Source of the DNA: Bacillales bacterium UBA5348
Lineage (GTDB): Bacteria; Bacillota_I; Bacilli_A; RF39; UBA660
Direction of reading: 5' to 3'
DNA: 64,000 bases
Assembly: GCA_002411005.1 (NCBI GenBank)
Contig: DHQC01000015.1
Span: forward strand, 345 to 64,344
Both the position numbers and the translations under genes were made by a program. The notes under the pieces were generated by a model. The model had not been told where the DNA came from. It did not search any database and saw only the letters and a program-made list of their open reading frames with translations. Shown one piece after another: positions 19,098 through 29,983 of the stretch (positions are counted from its first letter, which is position 1; the number at the start of each line of letters is the position of its first letter).

Positions 19098-20249
19098 TTA
19101 CAAGCCTTTAACTATATCTAATATATATCTAATATATAATCCCAATATATTAGCCTTTTCTATACTTTCCATGATAGTAACATCAACACTTCTAATAAGT
19201 TTATCATTCTCAAAAATATCAATGTAACCTACTATATCTCCCTTAGAAATAGGAGCCTTTAATTTATCAACATTAACCTTATAGGTTATATTCTTTTTGC
19301 CAACACTCTTTTGATATAAAATATTGATATCTTCGCTTGGTACTAAAATGGCTTTCTCTTTTTTACCTTTTATTACTTCAACCTTACCAATGTTACTCTC
19401 GCCACTTAGAACTCTTTCGATAGCATACACATTAAAACCATAATCAAGCATTGCACTTACTTCATTATTACGCATTGTACTATCAGGTTCTCCAAAAACA
19501 ACAGCTATTAAACGCATATCTTCCTTCTTTGCAGTAGCGGTAAGACAAAAACCAGCTTCATTAGTATATCCAGTTTTTAACCCATCAACACCTTTATAGA
19601 ATCTTACCAGTTTATTAGTGTTAACTAGCCAAAATTTTCGATCAGTATTAGCTCTTAAATACGTTTCATAAATAGATGAAAATTCAAGAATCTTTTCATG
19701 TCTAACTAATCCCTGAGCAATTAATGCCATATCATGAGCTGACGAATAATGATTAGCTTCGTCTAAACCATGAGAGTTTTTAAAATTAGTGTTTTTAAGA
19801 CCTAACCTTTTAGCTTCTTCATTCATCATTTGAACAAAATGATTTTCTGTTCCCCCTACACGTTCTGCTAGGGCAACTGTAGCATCATTTCCTGATCCAA
19901 TAGAAACCCCTTTTAAAAGATCTTCAACGGTCATTATTTCATTTGTCTCAAGCAATATTTGACTGCCTCCCATTGAAGATGCATTAGCTGAAACCCTAAC
20001 TTTCTCATCCCACGACATATTTCCTTTTTCAATTGCTTCCATAAAAAGAAGCATACTCATCATTTTAGTCATCGAAGCTGGTGCATACTTTATATCAGCA
20101 TCACGCTCGTATATTATTTCACCCGTACTAGCTTCCATTAAAACAACACCTTTTGCATTTGGTGCCAATTTAATTTCTTCAGCCATTACATTTGGGCATA
20201 ACAATAACGCGACTAAAATACCTAATAATATTTTCTTCAATTTAAACAC
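19098..20249 (-). CDS. dacF: S11 D-Ala-D-Ala carboxypeptidase, DacF-like
   Basis: PASMTK, SGND, LVNTNKLVRFY and DGLKTG motifs. Lies near pdp. Confidence 0.85.
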   Translation of the reverse strand: MFKLKKILLGILVALLLCPNVMAEEIKLAPNAKGVVLMEASTGEIIYERDADIKYAPASMTKMMSMLLFMEAIEKGNMSWDEKVRVSANASSMGGSQILLETNEIMTVEDLLKGVSIGSGNDATVALAERVGGTENHFVQMMNEEAKRLGLKNTNFKNSHGLDEANHYSSAHDMALIAQGLVRHEKILEFSSIYETYLRANTDRKFWLVNTNKLVRFYKGVDGLKTGYTNEAGFCLTATAKKEDMRLIAVVFGEPDSTMRNNEVSAMLDYGFNVYAIERVLSGESNIGKVEVIKGKKEKAILVPSEDINILYQKSVGKKNITYKVNVDKLKAPISKGDIVGYIDIFENDKLIRSVDVTIMESIEKANILGLYIRYILDIVKGL

Positions 20250-20263
20250 CCCGTCCTTAATAA

Positions 20264-20292
20264 AAAATATGTTAAGTGTTATCTTTTAATGA
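20264..20292 (-). promoter_or_regulatory. sigma-E-like promoter upstream of the dacF-like gene
   Basis: TCATTAA, 14 bp, CATATTTT. Confidence 0.4.
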
Positions 20293-20351
20293 CAGTATTA
20301 TTTGACACCCCTATTTGAATAAACTATAATTAAGGTGATAGGAGTATAGAT

Positions 20352-21515
20352 ATGATAATAAAAAAGCAATACAAACCAAATTTTCGTTTTTATTTTTTGT
20401 TGTTTTTGATAGTTCTATTTCTCATATTTGTAATATCAGGTGGGTTATATTTTCTCGTAACCACAAAAACAGAAAGAGATTTAAAGAAGTTACAATATAA
20501 TAAGGAAGCAATATCTTTAATTATAGATAAGAAATTAGATAAATATTTAATAAATAATAATTTGTATTCTAAAACTTTAGAAGTTGCTCTTGTTAATAAT
20601 CTATATGAAGATAATTTATTAGAAGAATATTTATATTTTTCATATAAGGATTATGATAATTATATAGAGCAATTAAATGAACTTAATATCATAGGATATC
20701 AAAGAAGTGACATAGAACAAGTCTTTAAAATTTTAAGTGAAGAAGAGATTAATACTATTATTAATAAAAAGACAATGATAGATAATCTTGCGAGTTATAT
20801 TAATAATGATTATTTTAATATAAATGCAATTGATCGCTATATCGATTATAAAAAAATAAACGATTCTTATGATTATGATAAGGTTATATCACACGTAAAT
20901 ATGTTGCTTGATTATCCACATTATGAACATACAATTGATGTAACCAAACCAAATGATCTTTTAGTTATTGTTAATAAGTACTATAAATTAAGCAAAGATT
21001 TTGTTCCTAAGGATCTTGTAAGAATTGATACCAAATATGCTGTTGATAATGATAGATGGGTTATTCCTGTTGTTAAAGAAAATTTTGAGAAGATGGCTTC
21101 TGACATGAGAAAACTCGGTTTAACAATTCAAGCTAAATCGGCATATCGAAGTTATCAAACACAAGTTATTCTATATGATAATTATGTCAAAGCAAGTGGT
21201 AAGACTGCTGCAGATACATTTTCTGCTCGAGCTGGATATTCTGAGCATCAGACAGGCTTAGCTGTTGACGTAAGAGCTGGGACTGGTAATTATGGAACAT
21301 TCGCACAATCAGATGAACATGATTGGATGGCAAAAAATGCTCATACCTACGGTTTTATTTTAAGATATCCAGAAAATAAAACAAATATTACTGGTTATAA
21401 ATTTGAATCTTGGCATTTTAGATATGTAGGTAAAGATGTTGCTAAATATATATATGAAAACGATTTAACATTTGATGAATATTATGCAATGACTATTGCA
21501 TCTAAAAAGGACTAA
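20352..21515 (+). CDS. M15B (VanY/LdcB-type) carboxypeptidase
   Basis: SAYRS, SARAGYSEHQTGLAVD and ESWHFRYVG motifs. Confidence 0.92.
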   Translation: MIIKKQYKPNFRFYFLLFLIVLFLIFVISGGLYFLVTTKTERDLKKLQYNKEAISLIIDKKLDKYLINNNLYSKTLEVALVNNLYEDNLLEEYLYFSYKDYDNYIEQLNELNIIGYQRSDIEQVFKILSEEEINTIINKKTMIDNLASYINNDYFNINAIDRYIDYKKINDSYDYDKVISHVNMLLDYPHYEHTIDVTKPNDLLVIVNKYYKLSKDFVPKDLVRIDTKYAVDNDRWVIPVVKENFEKMASDMRKLGLTIQAKSAYRSYQTQVILYDNYVKASGKTAADTFSARAGYSEHQTGLAVDVRAGTGNYGTFAQSDEHDWMAKNAHTYGFILRYPENKTNITGYKFESWHFRYVGKDVAKYIYENDLTFDEYYAMTIASKKD

Positions 21516-21529
21516 TAAAAGTCCTTTTT

Positions 21530-22804
21530 TTATTTAACAACACCATAAATAATTGGTTCTAATTCCTTTTGTTCTTCTTCTATTATAAATATATTGTTTA
21601 AAGCTTCAAGTGAAATGTTTTCATCTCTTACATAAACAGTAGCGAGGATATCTCCTTCTTTAACATAATCACCTTTTTTATGTTGTAAAACAATACCCAC
21701 ACCATAATCAATAATGTCCTCTTTAGTTTCTCTTCCGGCTCCTAAACTCATAACATATTTACCTAAAGCAAAGGTATCAATTCCATTAATATAACCATTC
21801 ATTTGCACTTTATAATTTAGCGTCTTATCAGATATATCAATCTTATTAATATCACCATGTTGATGATTTACCATCGAGATAAATTTGTTATAAGCATTAC
21901 CATTATCTAAATTTATTTCAACTTCTTTTCTAGCTTGTTCTATATCAATGTTCTTACCAATACTAACCATATAACTAGCTAAGGCTAAACATAATTGTTT
22001 AAAGTCATTATCTCCCTTACCTTTTAAAATTTCAATCGCTTCTCTTACCTCAAGACCATTTCCAATACTATTTCCTAAAGGATAATTCATATTTGTAATT
22101 AACGCAATAGTTTCTTTACCAAAGTTATTTCCAATATTAATCATTATCTTAGCTAATTCTATCGCTTCATCTTTGGTTTTAATTAAAGCCCCATTGCCCA
22201 TCTTTACATCAAGAACTATTTTATCTGCATTAATAGCTAATTTCTTACTCATTATACTAGAAGCAATCAATGGAAGTGATGCAACAGTTCCAGTCACATC
22301 TCTTAATGCATATAACTTTTTATCTGCAGGAACAATATTTAAACTAGATGTTGTTATTGCAAGACCAATTTCATTTAACTGGGTTAAAAATTCATCATTA
22401 CTTAAATTAACGTTAAAACCCTTAATAGATTCTAATTTATCAATAGTACCACCGGTATGACCTAATCCTCTTCCACTCATTTTAGGAATTATTAATCCAC
22501 AAGATGATGCCAAAGGCGCAACAACAAGCGTTGTTTTATCTCCTACACCACCAGTAGAGTGTTTATCTACCTTAGTTCCTTTTATAAAAGACAAGTCAAA
22601 AGTATCACCACTTTTTAACATAATTGATGTTAAGTTATTTATTTCATCTGAAGTCATTTCATTTAAACAGATTGCCATTAATAATGAACTAACCTGATAA
22701 TCTTTTATATCATCACTCATGTATCCATCAATGACATAAGCTAATTCATCATAACTTAACATTTGGTTTTCCCTTTTCTTATTTATAATATCAACAATAT
22801 TCAT
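21530..22804 (-). CDS. pdp: pyrimidine-nucleoside phosphorylase
   Basis: DKHSTGGVGDK, KMSGRGLGHTGGTIDKLE and SSIMSKK motifs. Confidence 0.96.
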   Translation of the reverse strand: MNIVDIINKKRENQMLSYDELAYVIDGYMSDDIKDYQVSSLLMAICLNEMTSDEINNLTSIMLKSGDTFDLSFIKGTKVDKHSTGGVGDKTTLVVAPLASSCGLIIPKMSGRGLGHTGGTIDKLESIKGFNVNLSNDEFLTQLNEIGLAITTSSLNIVPADKKLYALRDVTGTVASLPLIASSIMSKKLAINADKIVLDVKMGNGALIKTKDEAIELAKIMINIGNNFGKETIALITNMNYPLGNSIGNGLEVREAIEILKGKGDNDFKQLCLALASYMVSIGKNIDIEQARKEVEINLDNGNAYNKFISMVNHQHGDINKIDISDKTLNYKVQMNGYINGIDTFALGKYVMSLGAGRETKEDIIDYGVGIVLQHKKGDYVKEGDILATVYVRDENISLEALNNIFIIEEEQKELEPIIYGVVK

Positions 22805-22855
22805 ATCATCACCATTATCATTATACAATAAAAAATAACAAAGTGTATAGCTTTG

Positions 22856-23215
22856 TTATTGAAGTAATTTTTTAAGTAATTCAATAATACGTTTAGGATC
22901 CTCACCCATAACCTTATTATATAAATCTTTATTAAGCTTTAATTCGCATAAAAATTCAGCTGCTTCTTTAGGAATATTCAAAATATAAGATTCTTCGTTT
23001 CCACTTACCTCAGCTTTTATATCATTGCCTAGCAAATAATCAGTCGATACATTAAAGACATTAGCCAAATCTTGAAAGGTTTCCAAGTTTGGTGTTCTAG
23101 TTCCTTTTTCATAGCAGCAAATAGAAACCTTTGTTACATTAACAAGGTCACCTAATTCTTGTTGATTTAGACCTCTTGCCTTTCTTAAATCTTTTAATCT
23201 TTTGCCGATTAGCAT
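22856..23215 (-). CDS. XRE-family repressor-like regulator
   Basis: RLKDLRKARGLNQQELG...YEKG.R.P...VSTDYLLG. Confidence 0.9.
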   Translation of the reverse strand: MLIGKRLKDLRKARGLNQQELGDLVNVTKVSICCYEKGTRTPNLETFQDLANVFNVSTDYLLGNDIKAEVSGNEESYILNIPKEAAEFLCELKLNKDLYNKVMGEDPKRIIELLKKLLQ

Positions 23216-23348
23216 ATTATTACCTCCCAATTTAGGTTTACATTATATCCAATATTAAAAATATTAATACAAGAATTAACTAAATAGAAACTACTTAATT
23301 GCTTTTTAACTAATATTCATTTATAATTGAGATAGGTGGTGGTAAAAT

Positions 23349-23552
23349 ATGGAATATTTAAGAATGCTTAGATCAAAAGAAAGATTCACTCATCAAGACA
23401 TGGCCAATTTTTTAAATATTAGTAAAGCCTTTTATTGGCAAATAGAAAACAAAAAAAGAACACTTTCATATAAAATGGCGGTTAGAATTGCGGATATTTT
23501 TCATAAAAAACCAGACGAAATATTTTATGATGAGTTTAAAAACAAGGATTAA
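23349..23552 (+). CDS. Cro-like XRE regulator
   Basis: 67 aa, THQDMANFLNISKAFYWQIENKKR. Confidence 0.88.
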   Translation: MEYLRMLRSKERFTHQDMANFLNISKAFYWQIENKKRTLSYKMAVRIADIFHKKPDEIFYDEFKNKD

Positions 23553-23564
23553 GATTCTTGTTTT

Positions 23565-24059
23565 TTATTTATGTCTCTTATGCTTATTTGTTAAATACTG
23601 AAAACAATATCCTCTATAATATTTATCATGTCCCTCTATCCAATTATTTGTTTCATAATAACCACTAGCTTTATGAAATTCATATATAATATTTAATTCA
23701 TTTTTACTTTGTTCAAAGATATTATCAACCAATTCATCACTAATCGTATCCCTATAAACAGTAAAGGCAATAGCATCTCCTAACAATATTGGCTCTAAGT
23801 TGTTCAAATCAAAACATTCACTCTTGTCTATCTTGTTTATATCAAAGACTAGATCATTATTATAATATAATATTTTTTTATTTGTGCGCTCCTCAATTAA
23901 CATAATTTTATAAATAACTAAATTAATCAATTTAAATAGATTGTTACATAAATTTTTATCATTCATAACTTTTGAATTAATTACATCATAAGTATACATT
24001 TTATAAGGGGCTGTGCTTTGACACTTAAGATACATATCATTATATTCATCATAAGACAC
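23565..24059 (-). CDS. hypothetical protein (possible SatD/nucleotidyl-cyclase-like fold)
   Basis: YDVINSK and LLGDAIAF motifs with RBS GGAGG. Confidence 0.5.
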   Translation of the reverse strand: MSYDEYNDMYLKCQSTAPYKMYTYDVINSKVMNDKNLCNNLFKLINLVIYKIMLIEERTNKKILYYNNDLVFDINKIDKSECFDLNNLEPILLGDAIAFTVYRDTISDELVDNIFEQSKNELNIIYEFHKASGYYETNNWIEGHDKYYRGYCFQYLTNKHKRHK

Positions 24060-24096
24060 TATTATCCCTCCTGTATAATTATATCATAAAAGAGGA

Positions 24097-24435
24097 TTAC
24101 TCCTCTTCATCTTTTCTTTTGGATGATAAAAAAGTTATCTTTTCAGCTACCATTTCAGTAAGGTAGTTGTTTTTTTCATCCTTATCTTCTACAACACGTG
24201 TTTGGATTCGTCCCTTAACTCCTAACAAATCACCTTTTTTACAATATTCAGTTGTATTTTGAGCTACCCCTGCCCAAAGCACACAATTAATAAAATCAGT
24301 TTCATATTCACCATTAGCATTCTTATAACTTCTAGGAACTGCAACTGTTATAGTTGTTACTTTCTTACCATTTTCAGTTTCATGCAATTCTGGATTACGT
24401 ACTAATCTTCCTACAATAACAAATTGATTTAACAT
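24097..24435 (-). CDS. ssbB: short single-stranded DNA-binding protein (SsbB-type)
   Basis: MLNQ..IVGRL..PEL, TDFI.C and GRIQTR motifs. Lacks the acidic PF tail. Confidence 0.88.
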   Translation of the reverse strand: MLNQFVIVGRLVRNPELHETENGKKVTTITVAVPRSYKNANGEYETDFINCVLWAGVAQNTTEYCKKGDLLGVKGRIQTRVVEDKDEKNNYLTEMVAEKITFLSSKRKDEEE

Positions 24436-24567
24436 CGTCTATCCTCCTCTCCATAGATATCTTACATATATTACAATAGTAAGACAAACAAAGAAAAGAA
24501 CTTATCTTGTTTTATAAATAGTCAATTATTGCTTGCTATAAGAGTAACTTAGAAAAACTGATAATAG

Positions 24568-25902
24568 CTATACACAGAATTGTTTATTTTTTAATAAATT
24601 ATTTAATTCCACAGCATATTCCATTGGTAACTCATCACGAAAAGCTTCAATAAAACCCATAATAAGTAATTCTGTAGCTTTTTCAACGTCAATACCTCTA
24701 CTCATAAGATAAAATAATTTTTCTTCACTTAATTTAGAGACAGTCGCTTCATGTTCTAAAATTGAGCTATCATTACCAACTATATTTTTAGGAATTGTAT
24801 CACTCTTAGACTTCTCATCAAGAACAAAAGTATCACATTTAATAGTACTTATACTATTCGTTGCCTTCTTGCTAATATTGACTGTACCTCGATAAGTTGC
24901 ATTTCCACCATTTCTAGCGATTGATTTAGATACTATATTACTCTTGGTATGAGGTGCTAAATGAATCATTTTGGCACCAGTATCTTGGATTTGATTTTCA
25001 TCACCTACTGCAATAGTTATACAAGTACCCTTAGCATAAGGACCATTTAAAATACAGGCAGGATATTTCATTGTAACCTTAGAGCCAATGTTGCCATCAA
25101 TCCATTCCATATGGCCACCTTCTTCAACGATAGCCCTTTTTGTCACTAAGTTATAAATATTTGGTGCCCAATTCTGAATTGTTGTATAACGACACTTAGC
25201 ATTCTTTAATACATATATCTCAACTACAGCAGCATGAAGAGAATCATCTGTATAAGAAGGAGCTGTACAACCTTCAATATATTCTAAAGATGCATCTTCA
25301 TCAACTATAATAATAGTTCTTTCAAACTGACCCATTTGTTTGTTATTAATCCAAAAATAACTTTGTAAAGGGCGATCTAATTTAACCCCTTTAGGGATAT
25401 ATATAAAAGCTCCTCCACTCCAGACAGCACCATTTAAGGCTGTAAATTTATTTTCATCATAATCAACAATCTTATTAAAATATTTTTTAAATAATTCAGG
25501 ATATTGCTTTAAAGCACTATCTGTATCTAAAAAGACAACATTTTTCTCTTGTAAATATGAAAGCATATTATGGTATATCGCTTCACTTTCATATTGAACC
25601 CCAATGCCACCTAAATATTTATCTTCAGCCTCTTGTAATCCAATGTGCTCAAAAGTTTCCCTAATACCTTGATCAACCTCATCCCAATCATGATGTACAG
25701 AATCATTAATACGTTTAAAATAAGTTATGTTATCTAAATTAATATTTAATTCAGGTCCAAAAGAAGGAAGCGGTTTGCTAATAAAGCTCTTAAATGAAGT
25801 TATCCTATAATCTGTCATCCATTTAGGTTCATTCTTTAATAAAGATATTTCTCTTACAATATCCTCTGTCAAACCTTTAGGCATTTGTTTAGTTGTCTCC
25901 AT
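24568..25902 (-). CDS. sufB: Fe-S assembly protein SufB
   Basis: [22 protein letters not shown] and YLMSRG motifs. Confidence 0.96.
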   Translation of the reverse strand: METTKQMPKGLTEDIVREISLLKNEPKWMTDYRITSFKSFISKPLPSFGPELNINLDNITYFKRINDSVHHDWDEVDQGIRETFEHIGLQEAEDKYLGGIGVQYESEAIYHNMLSYLQEKNVVFLDTDSALKQYPELFKKYFNKIVDYDENKFTALNGAVWSGGAFIYIPKGVKLDRPLQSYFWINNKQMGQFERTIIIVDEDASLEYIEGCTAPSYTDDSLHAAVVEIYVLKNAKCRYTTIQNWAPNIYNLVTKRAIVEEGGHMEWIDGNIGSKVTMKYPACILNGPYAKGTCITIAVGDENQIQDTGAKMIHLAPHTKSNIVSKSIARNGGNATYRGTVNISKKATNSISTIKCDTFVLDEKSKSDTIPKNIVGNDSSILEHEATVSKLSEEKLFYLMSRGIDVEKATELLIMGFIEAFRDELPMEYAVELNNLLKNKQFCV

Positions 25903-26050
25903 CTTTATCACCTCAAACCTCTTTTACTATTTTACTACATTCATTATATCTTTATCTACAAAATTAAGTCTAAACATATCTACAAATTATATTATTCATA
26001 AAATCACTTCATAATTATACTATATAAAAAAGAAAAGACCAAGTTCTCAC

Positions 26051-26407
26051 TTAGTCCTTAAAAATTTTTGCGTGAATTTCTTTATTACTCAATCCTAAAT
26101 TCTTTAAAATATTAATATCATCTTTAATACGGATTACAACTTCATTTCTTTTTTTATCGATAATCGACTGTATATTATCCGTTACAAAACTTCCCTTTCC
26201 AACAATAGAAACAATAACCCCTTTTCGTTCAAGTTCAGTATAAGCTCTTTGTATGGTATTAGGATTAATTCCTAAATCAAAGGCCATTTGTCTGACCGAA
26301 GGTAACTGTTCATTAGATTTTAGAATACCAGTTGCAATAAAACGTTCTATCTGATTTATAATTTGCTCATAAATAGGTACTCTGCATTGTACATCAATAC
26401 TAAACAT
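26051..26407 (-). CDS. GntR family (YtrA subfamily) regulator
   Basis: PIYEQI...LPSVRQMA..INPNT..AY.ELE..G...GKGSFV. Confidence 0.94.
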   Translation of the reverse strand: MFSIDVQCRVPIYEQIINQIERFIATGILKSNEQLPSVRQMAFDLGINPNTIQRAYTELERKGVIVSIVGKGSFVTDNIQSIIDKKRNEVVIRIKDDINILKNLGLSNKEIHAKIFKD

Positions 26408-26408
26408 A

Positions 26409-28511
26409 TTATATGCCTTCCCCGAACTCTATTTTAGAATTAGAATCTTGAAGAACATTTTCTTTTATTTGTTGTAACATTTCATCATAAGCATCATCCT
26501 TTGGTAAAAATACATAATACTCGTCATAAACCCATACGCTTACATATATTATTTCTTCTTCACTATACGATGAAAAATCTAAATCACCTTTTACATTATC
26601 ATTTATATAGCGATACACTAATTCCATGTTTTTAGGGTTGCTCATAAATTTATGATAAAACTCCTCATAGTCATTGATTTCTTCAAATTTACTAAAATCA
26701 ATAGATATACTTAATTGATTAATATTAACATTTTTATTTTTAACATTCTCTATATATAAAGTATTCTTAGTTTGCATAACGTAGTTAATTAATTTAGGAT
26801 TAATCATAGTACTAACATTATAGGTTTTTACACCACCATCATATGAATATAAAGTATTTATTAAGCTATAAGTATAAGAATAACCAGCTTCATAGTCAAT
26901 ATAACTAGTATCTACAATATCACTAACTGTCTTATTTTGATATCCTTCTTTTATTAAATTAACTACCTTTTTAGTTTTAACGTCATCTAAATAACTATTA
27001 CCTAGTTTTACACCGTAAACCTTATCATATGGAATGCTCTTGAATGCTTTAACATAATCTTGATCTTTATCTAATAATTTTATCAATTCGTCATAATCAA
27101 TCTTTGTAACTGCAACATTAAAGTAATATGTTGCACCATTTTTTAGGTTGAATCTTACAGCAAACTTAGTACTTAAGTCTTTAGTTGCTATTGCTCTTTG
27201 ATTATTATCATAAATTAAATCGATAATTTTCGAATCTTCTAGCTTATACTTCAAAATATCTAAATTATTTTTCAGATTATAATCAAAATACATACTAGGA
27301 GCAATACCAACACTTGCTATATCTTCTCTCTCAATAATTTTTGAGGATTCTAAATTAGTAATTTTATCTATTGTTAAATAAATAAGCATTGTTACTAAAA
27401 CAAGACCTAGAAAATATATCAAAGACTTCATAAAGTTACCGCTATTGCGCCTCATGATTAAATCATAGATAATATAAATAGTAACAGTAACAGCAATCAT
27501 AATGATAAGTCCAGTAACTGAACCTCCCAAACAAAAGATTGATATAGTTGCTAAAGCAAGAGGAAATAATGTTATACACTTTACTAGTTGGTGTATATTT
27601 TCGCTTTTAAAAGTTGATTCGGCCACTTCCATCTTGCGATTAACGAAGGCATATAAACCTAAGACAAAATAAATAATTGATAATATAATCATCCTTAAAT
27701 TTGAAGACGTATTATAAACACTAGCTAGCTCATTTTGATATGTTACTTCATTGCTATACATTCCAAAAATGTCTCTTGGAATAACATTAATATACTTATA
27801 TGGTAGTGTTTGACCATTTTCAAACATATAGGATTTTTCTACAACAAAATCATTATATATTTTAGAATCATCACATTCTTCATCATATCTATCACATACA
27901 ATATGGTCATATTCATTAATTGTACCATGATATACACCACTATTATAGAAATCTCCTATATAACCAGGAATAAATAAAATAATTAATGTTAAAGCAACAT
28001 GAGCTATTCTACTACCTGTTAAGACTAATGCTAAGGAAGATGCTATGAAAGTATAAGTATAGGCTATAAAAAAGGTTATAAAGAAATGAAAATACATCAT
28101 CTTAGGTATAACTAAGCTAGGAAAAAAGGTACTTGATAACAGCATTAATAATGAAGTTATCAAAAATATTGCCAAAAATATTAATATTCCACCAATAATA
28201 TTTGTTATAAAAATAGTGCTTCTTTTTAAAGGAAGAGCAGTAATAAAATCTACACTGTCCTTTCTAAATAGAAAATTAAACAATGTAACGGACATTGTAA
28301 ACGGAATTATATACATCCCTATTATAGCCGGGATAGACAAGTCAGAAAGATTTGCAAAATATATATCTCCACCTAGTGAATTATTTAACATAAGCATAAA
28401 TAGATAAGTAAATATTGGAATAATAAGCAAGAACAGATAAATTACACCTCTAGATTTTTTAAAATTTTCTAATAAATACTTTATATTAAAGAATGACACT
28501 TTCGAATTCAT
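26409..28511 (-). CDS. ABC transporter permease
   Basis: Multi-TM protein with ALPLKRSTIF motif, in operon with the ATPase. Confidence 0.8.
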   Translation of the reverse strand: MNSKVSFFNIKYLLENFKKSRGVIYLFLLIIPIFTYLFMLMLNNSLGGDIYFANLSDLSIPAIIGMYIIPFTMSVTLFNFLFRKDSVDFITALPLKRSTIFITNIIGGILIFLAIFLITSLLMLLSSTFFPSLVIPKMMYFHFFITFFIAYTYTFIASSLALVLTGSRIAHVALTLIILFIPGYIGDFYNSGVYHGTINEYDHIVCDRYDEECDDSKIYNDFVVEKSYMFENGQTLPYKYINVIPRDIFGMYSNEVTYQNELASVYNTSSNLRMIILSIIYFVLGLYAFVNRKMEVAESTFKSENIHQLVKCITLFPLALATISIFCLGGSVTGLIIMIAVTVTIYIIYDLIMRRNSGNFMKSLIYFLGLVLVTMLIYLTIDKITNLESSKIIEREDIASVGIAPSMYFDYNLKNNLDILKYKLEDSKIIDLIYDNNQRAIATKDLSTKFAVRFNLKNGATYYFNVAVTKIDYDELIKLLDKDQDYVKAFKSIPYDKVYGVKLGNSYLDDVKTKKVVNLIKEGYQNKTVSDIVDTSYIDYEAGYSYTYSLINTLYSYDGGVKTYNVSTMINPKLINYVMQTKNTLYIENVKNKNVNINQLSISIDFSKFEEINDYEEFYHKFMSNPKNMELVYRYINDNVKGDLDFSSYSEEEIIYVSVWVYDEYYVFLPKDDAYDEMLQQIKENVLQDSNSKIEFGEGI

Positions 28512-29385
28512 AACCTAACACCTCCATTTCATATATAAATATTTCTTCTAATGTAAGGGGAATAAAGTCTAATATTATAGGATTTTTCTTTTCTAAATAA
28601 ACTTTTATTTTTTCTTTATTGCCTTTAAGAATAAGAGTCGTAACTGAACCTTTCTTCTTAAAACTCATAATTTCTAAATTCTTAAATTCTGCTTCATCAA
28701 AATCACCACTTAGTGATATTTGAACCTTAAACATTTCTGTCTTTAAAGTATCTACATCTCTTTCAAACAAAATTCCACCCTTATAAAGAAGTCCTAAATG
28801 ATCACAAGTATCCTCTAATTCCCTTAAATTATGTGATGTTAAAATTATTGTTGTATTGTCTTTAGCAACACTCTCGCATATTATTTTCTTAACAAGATTT
28901 CTAATAACAGGATCTAAACCGTCAAAAGTTTCATCAAAGAAAAGGTATGATGCCTTAGTTGCTATAGCAACTATTAAAGCCCCCTGCCTTTTCATTCCTT
29001 TTGAAAAAGTGCTAACCTTGCGATTTATATCAAGTCTAAATAAATCACAAAGCTCTTTGAAGTAATCCATATCAAAATTATCATAGATACTCTGATAAAA
29101 GACAGCCATCTCATATAGTGAATATCCCGAATAAAAGAATAAATCGTCAGGTACAAAAGCCATCTTTTGTTTGATTAATGGATTATCAAAAGATTCCACA
29201 CCATCTACTAAAATAGTACCTTCATCTTGTTTGTATATTCCCATGATAAGTCTTAGCAAAGTTGATTTACCTGCTCCATTAGCTCCTACCAAACCATAAA
29301 TACTACCTTTTTCAATTTTGCAGTTTAAATGTTCTAAAACAGCAGTTTTATCAAATCGTTTAGTAACATTTGTAATTTCTATCAT
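28486..29385 (-). CDS. ABC transporter ATP-binding protein (YtrB-like)
   Basis: GANGAGKS, FSKGM and DETFDGLD motifs. Confidence 0.95.
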   Translation of the reverse strand: MIEITNVTKRFDKTAVLEHLNCKIEKGSIYGLVGANGAGKSTLLRLIMGIYKQDEGTILVDGVESFDNPLIKQKMAFVPDDLFFYSGYSLYEMAVFYQSIYDNFDMDYFKELCDLFRLDINRKVSTFSKGMKRQGALIVAIATKASYLFFDETFDGLDPVIRNLVKKIICESVAKDNTTIILTSHNLRELEDTCDHLGLLYKGGILFERDVDTLKTEMFKVQISLSGDFDEAEFKNLEIMSFKKKGSVTTLILKGNKEKIKVYLEKKNPIILDFIPLTLEEIFIYEMEVLGYEFESVIL

Positions 29386-29409
29386 AAATTCCTCCTATTC
29401 TACAATACG

Positions 29410-29466
29410 GCTGTATTATTTGTATTAGTACACTTATCATTATATATTAGTCTTAAATTTTGTCAA
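29410..29466 (-). promoter_or_regulatory. sigma-A promoter with YtrA-type operator
   Basis: TTGACA-16-TATAAT followed by AGTGTA-13-TACAGC (29434-29410). Confidence 0.7.
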
Positions 29467-29477
29467 GAAAAAAGAAG

Positions 29478-29927
29478 CTATTTTACATTAGCTTCTAACA
29501 TCCATATTTGCTTTTCTAAGTAAGCTACATTATCTCCTACTATTCCACTTGTTACACTATCCCCTATTGATGAAGCATAAGCTGAAACATCAGAGGCAAA
29601 TCTATGCATATATTTAAAATCATTTATTGTATTAACTAAAGCTTCATTACTGTTATATTCCTTGCTTACTGCTTCCTTTATTCCTGATAACGAATTATAT
29701 TTACTTAGTGTTGCTGGATAACCACCTAATTGTCTAATACGTTCTGCGATAATGTCGTATTCAGAAGTTCCCTTCTCATAGTATTCTTGAAACTTACTAT
29801 GAAGTGGAAAGAATAAAGGTCCCACAATATTCCAATGATAAATATACATATTATTTGTTAATACAGCCGTATTACTTAAAAGCTGATTTAAATATGCAAC
29901 AAGTTGATTTGAATAACTATCGGTCAT
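29478..29927 (-). CDS. dps: Dps family ferritin-like protein
   Basis: HWNIVG..FF.LH..F.E.Y.....D.IAERI..LGG...EKQIWML. Confidence 0.93.
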   Translation of the reverse strand: MTDSYSNQLVAYLNQLLSNTAVLTNNMYIYHWNIVGPLFFPLHSKFQEYYEKGTSEYDIIAERIRQLGGYPATLSKYNSLSGIKEAVSKEYNSNEALVNTINDFKYMHRFASDVSAYASSIGDSVTSGIVGDNVAYLEKQIWMLEANVK

Positions 29928-29983
29928 ATAAACACCCCATTATAGAATATGCAAAGTAATGAAAAAGTCCACAAAAAAAGAAT

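Noticed and set aside
20352-21515. Vancomycin resistance (VanY)
   Set aside because: A lone M15B peptidase without vanHAX or vanRS, most likely a housekeeping cell-wall enzyme.
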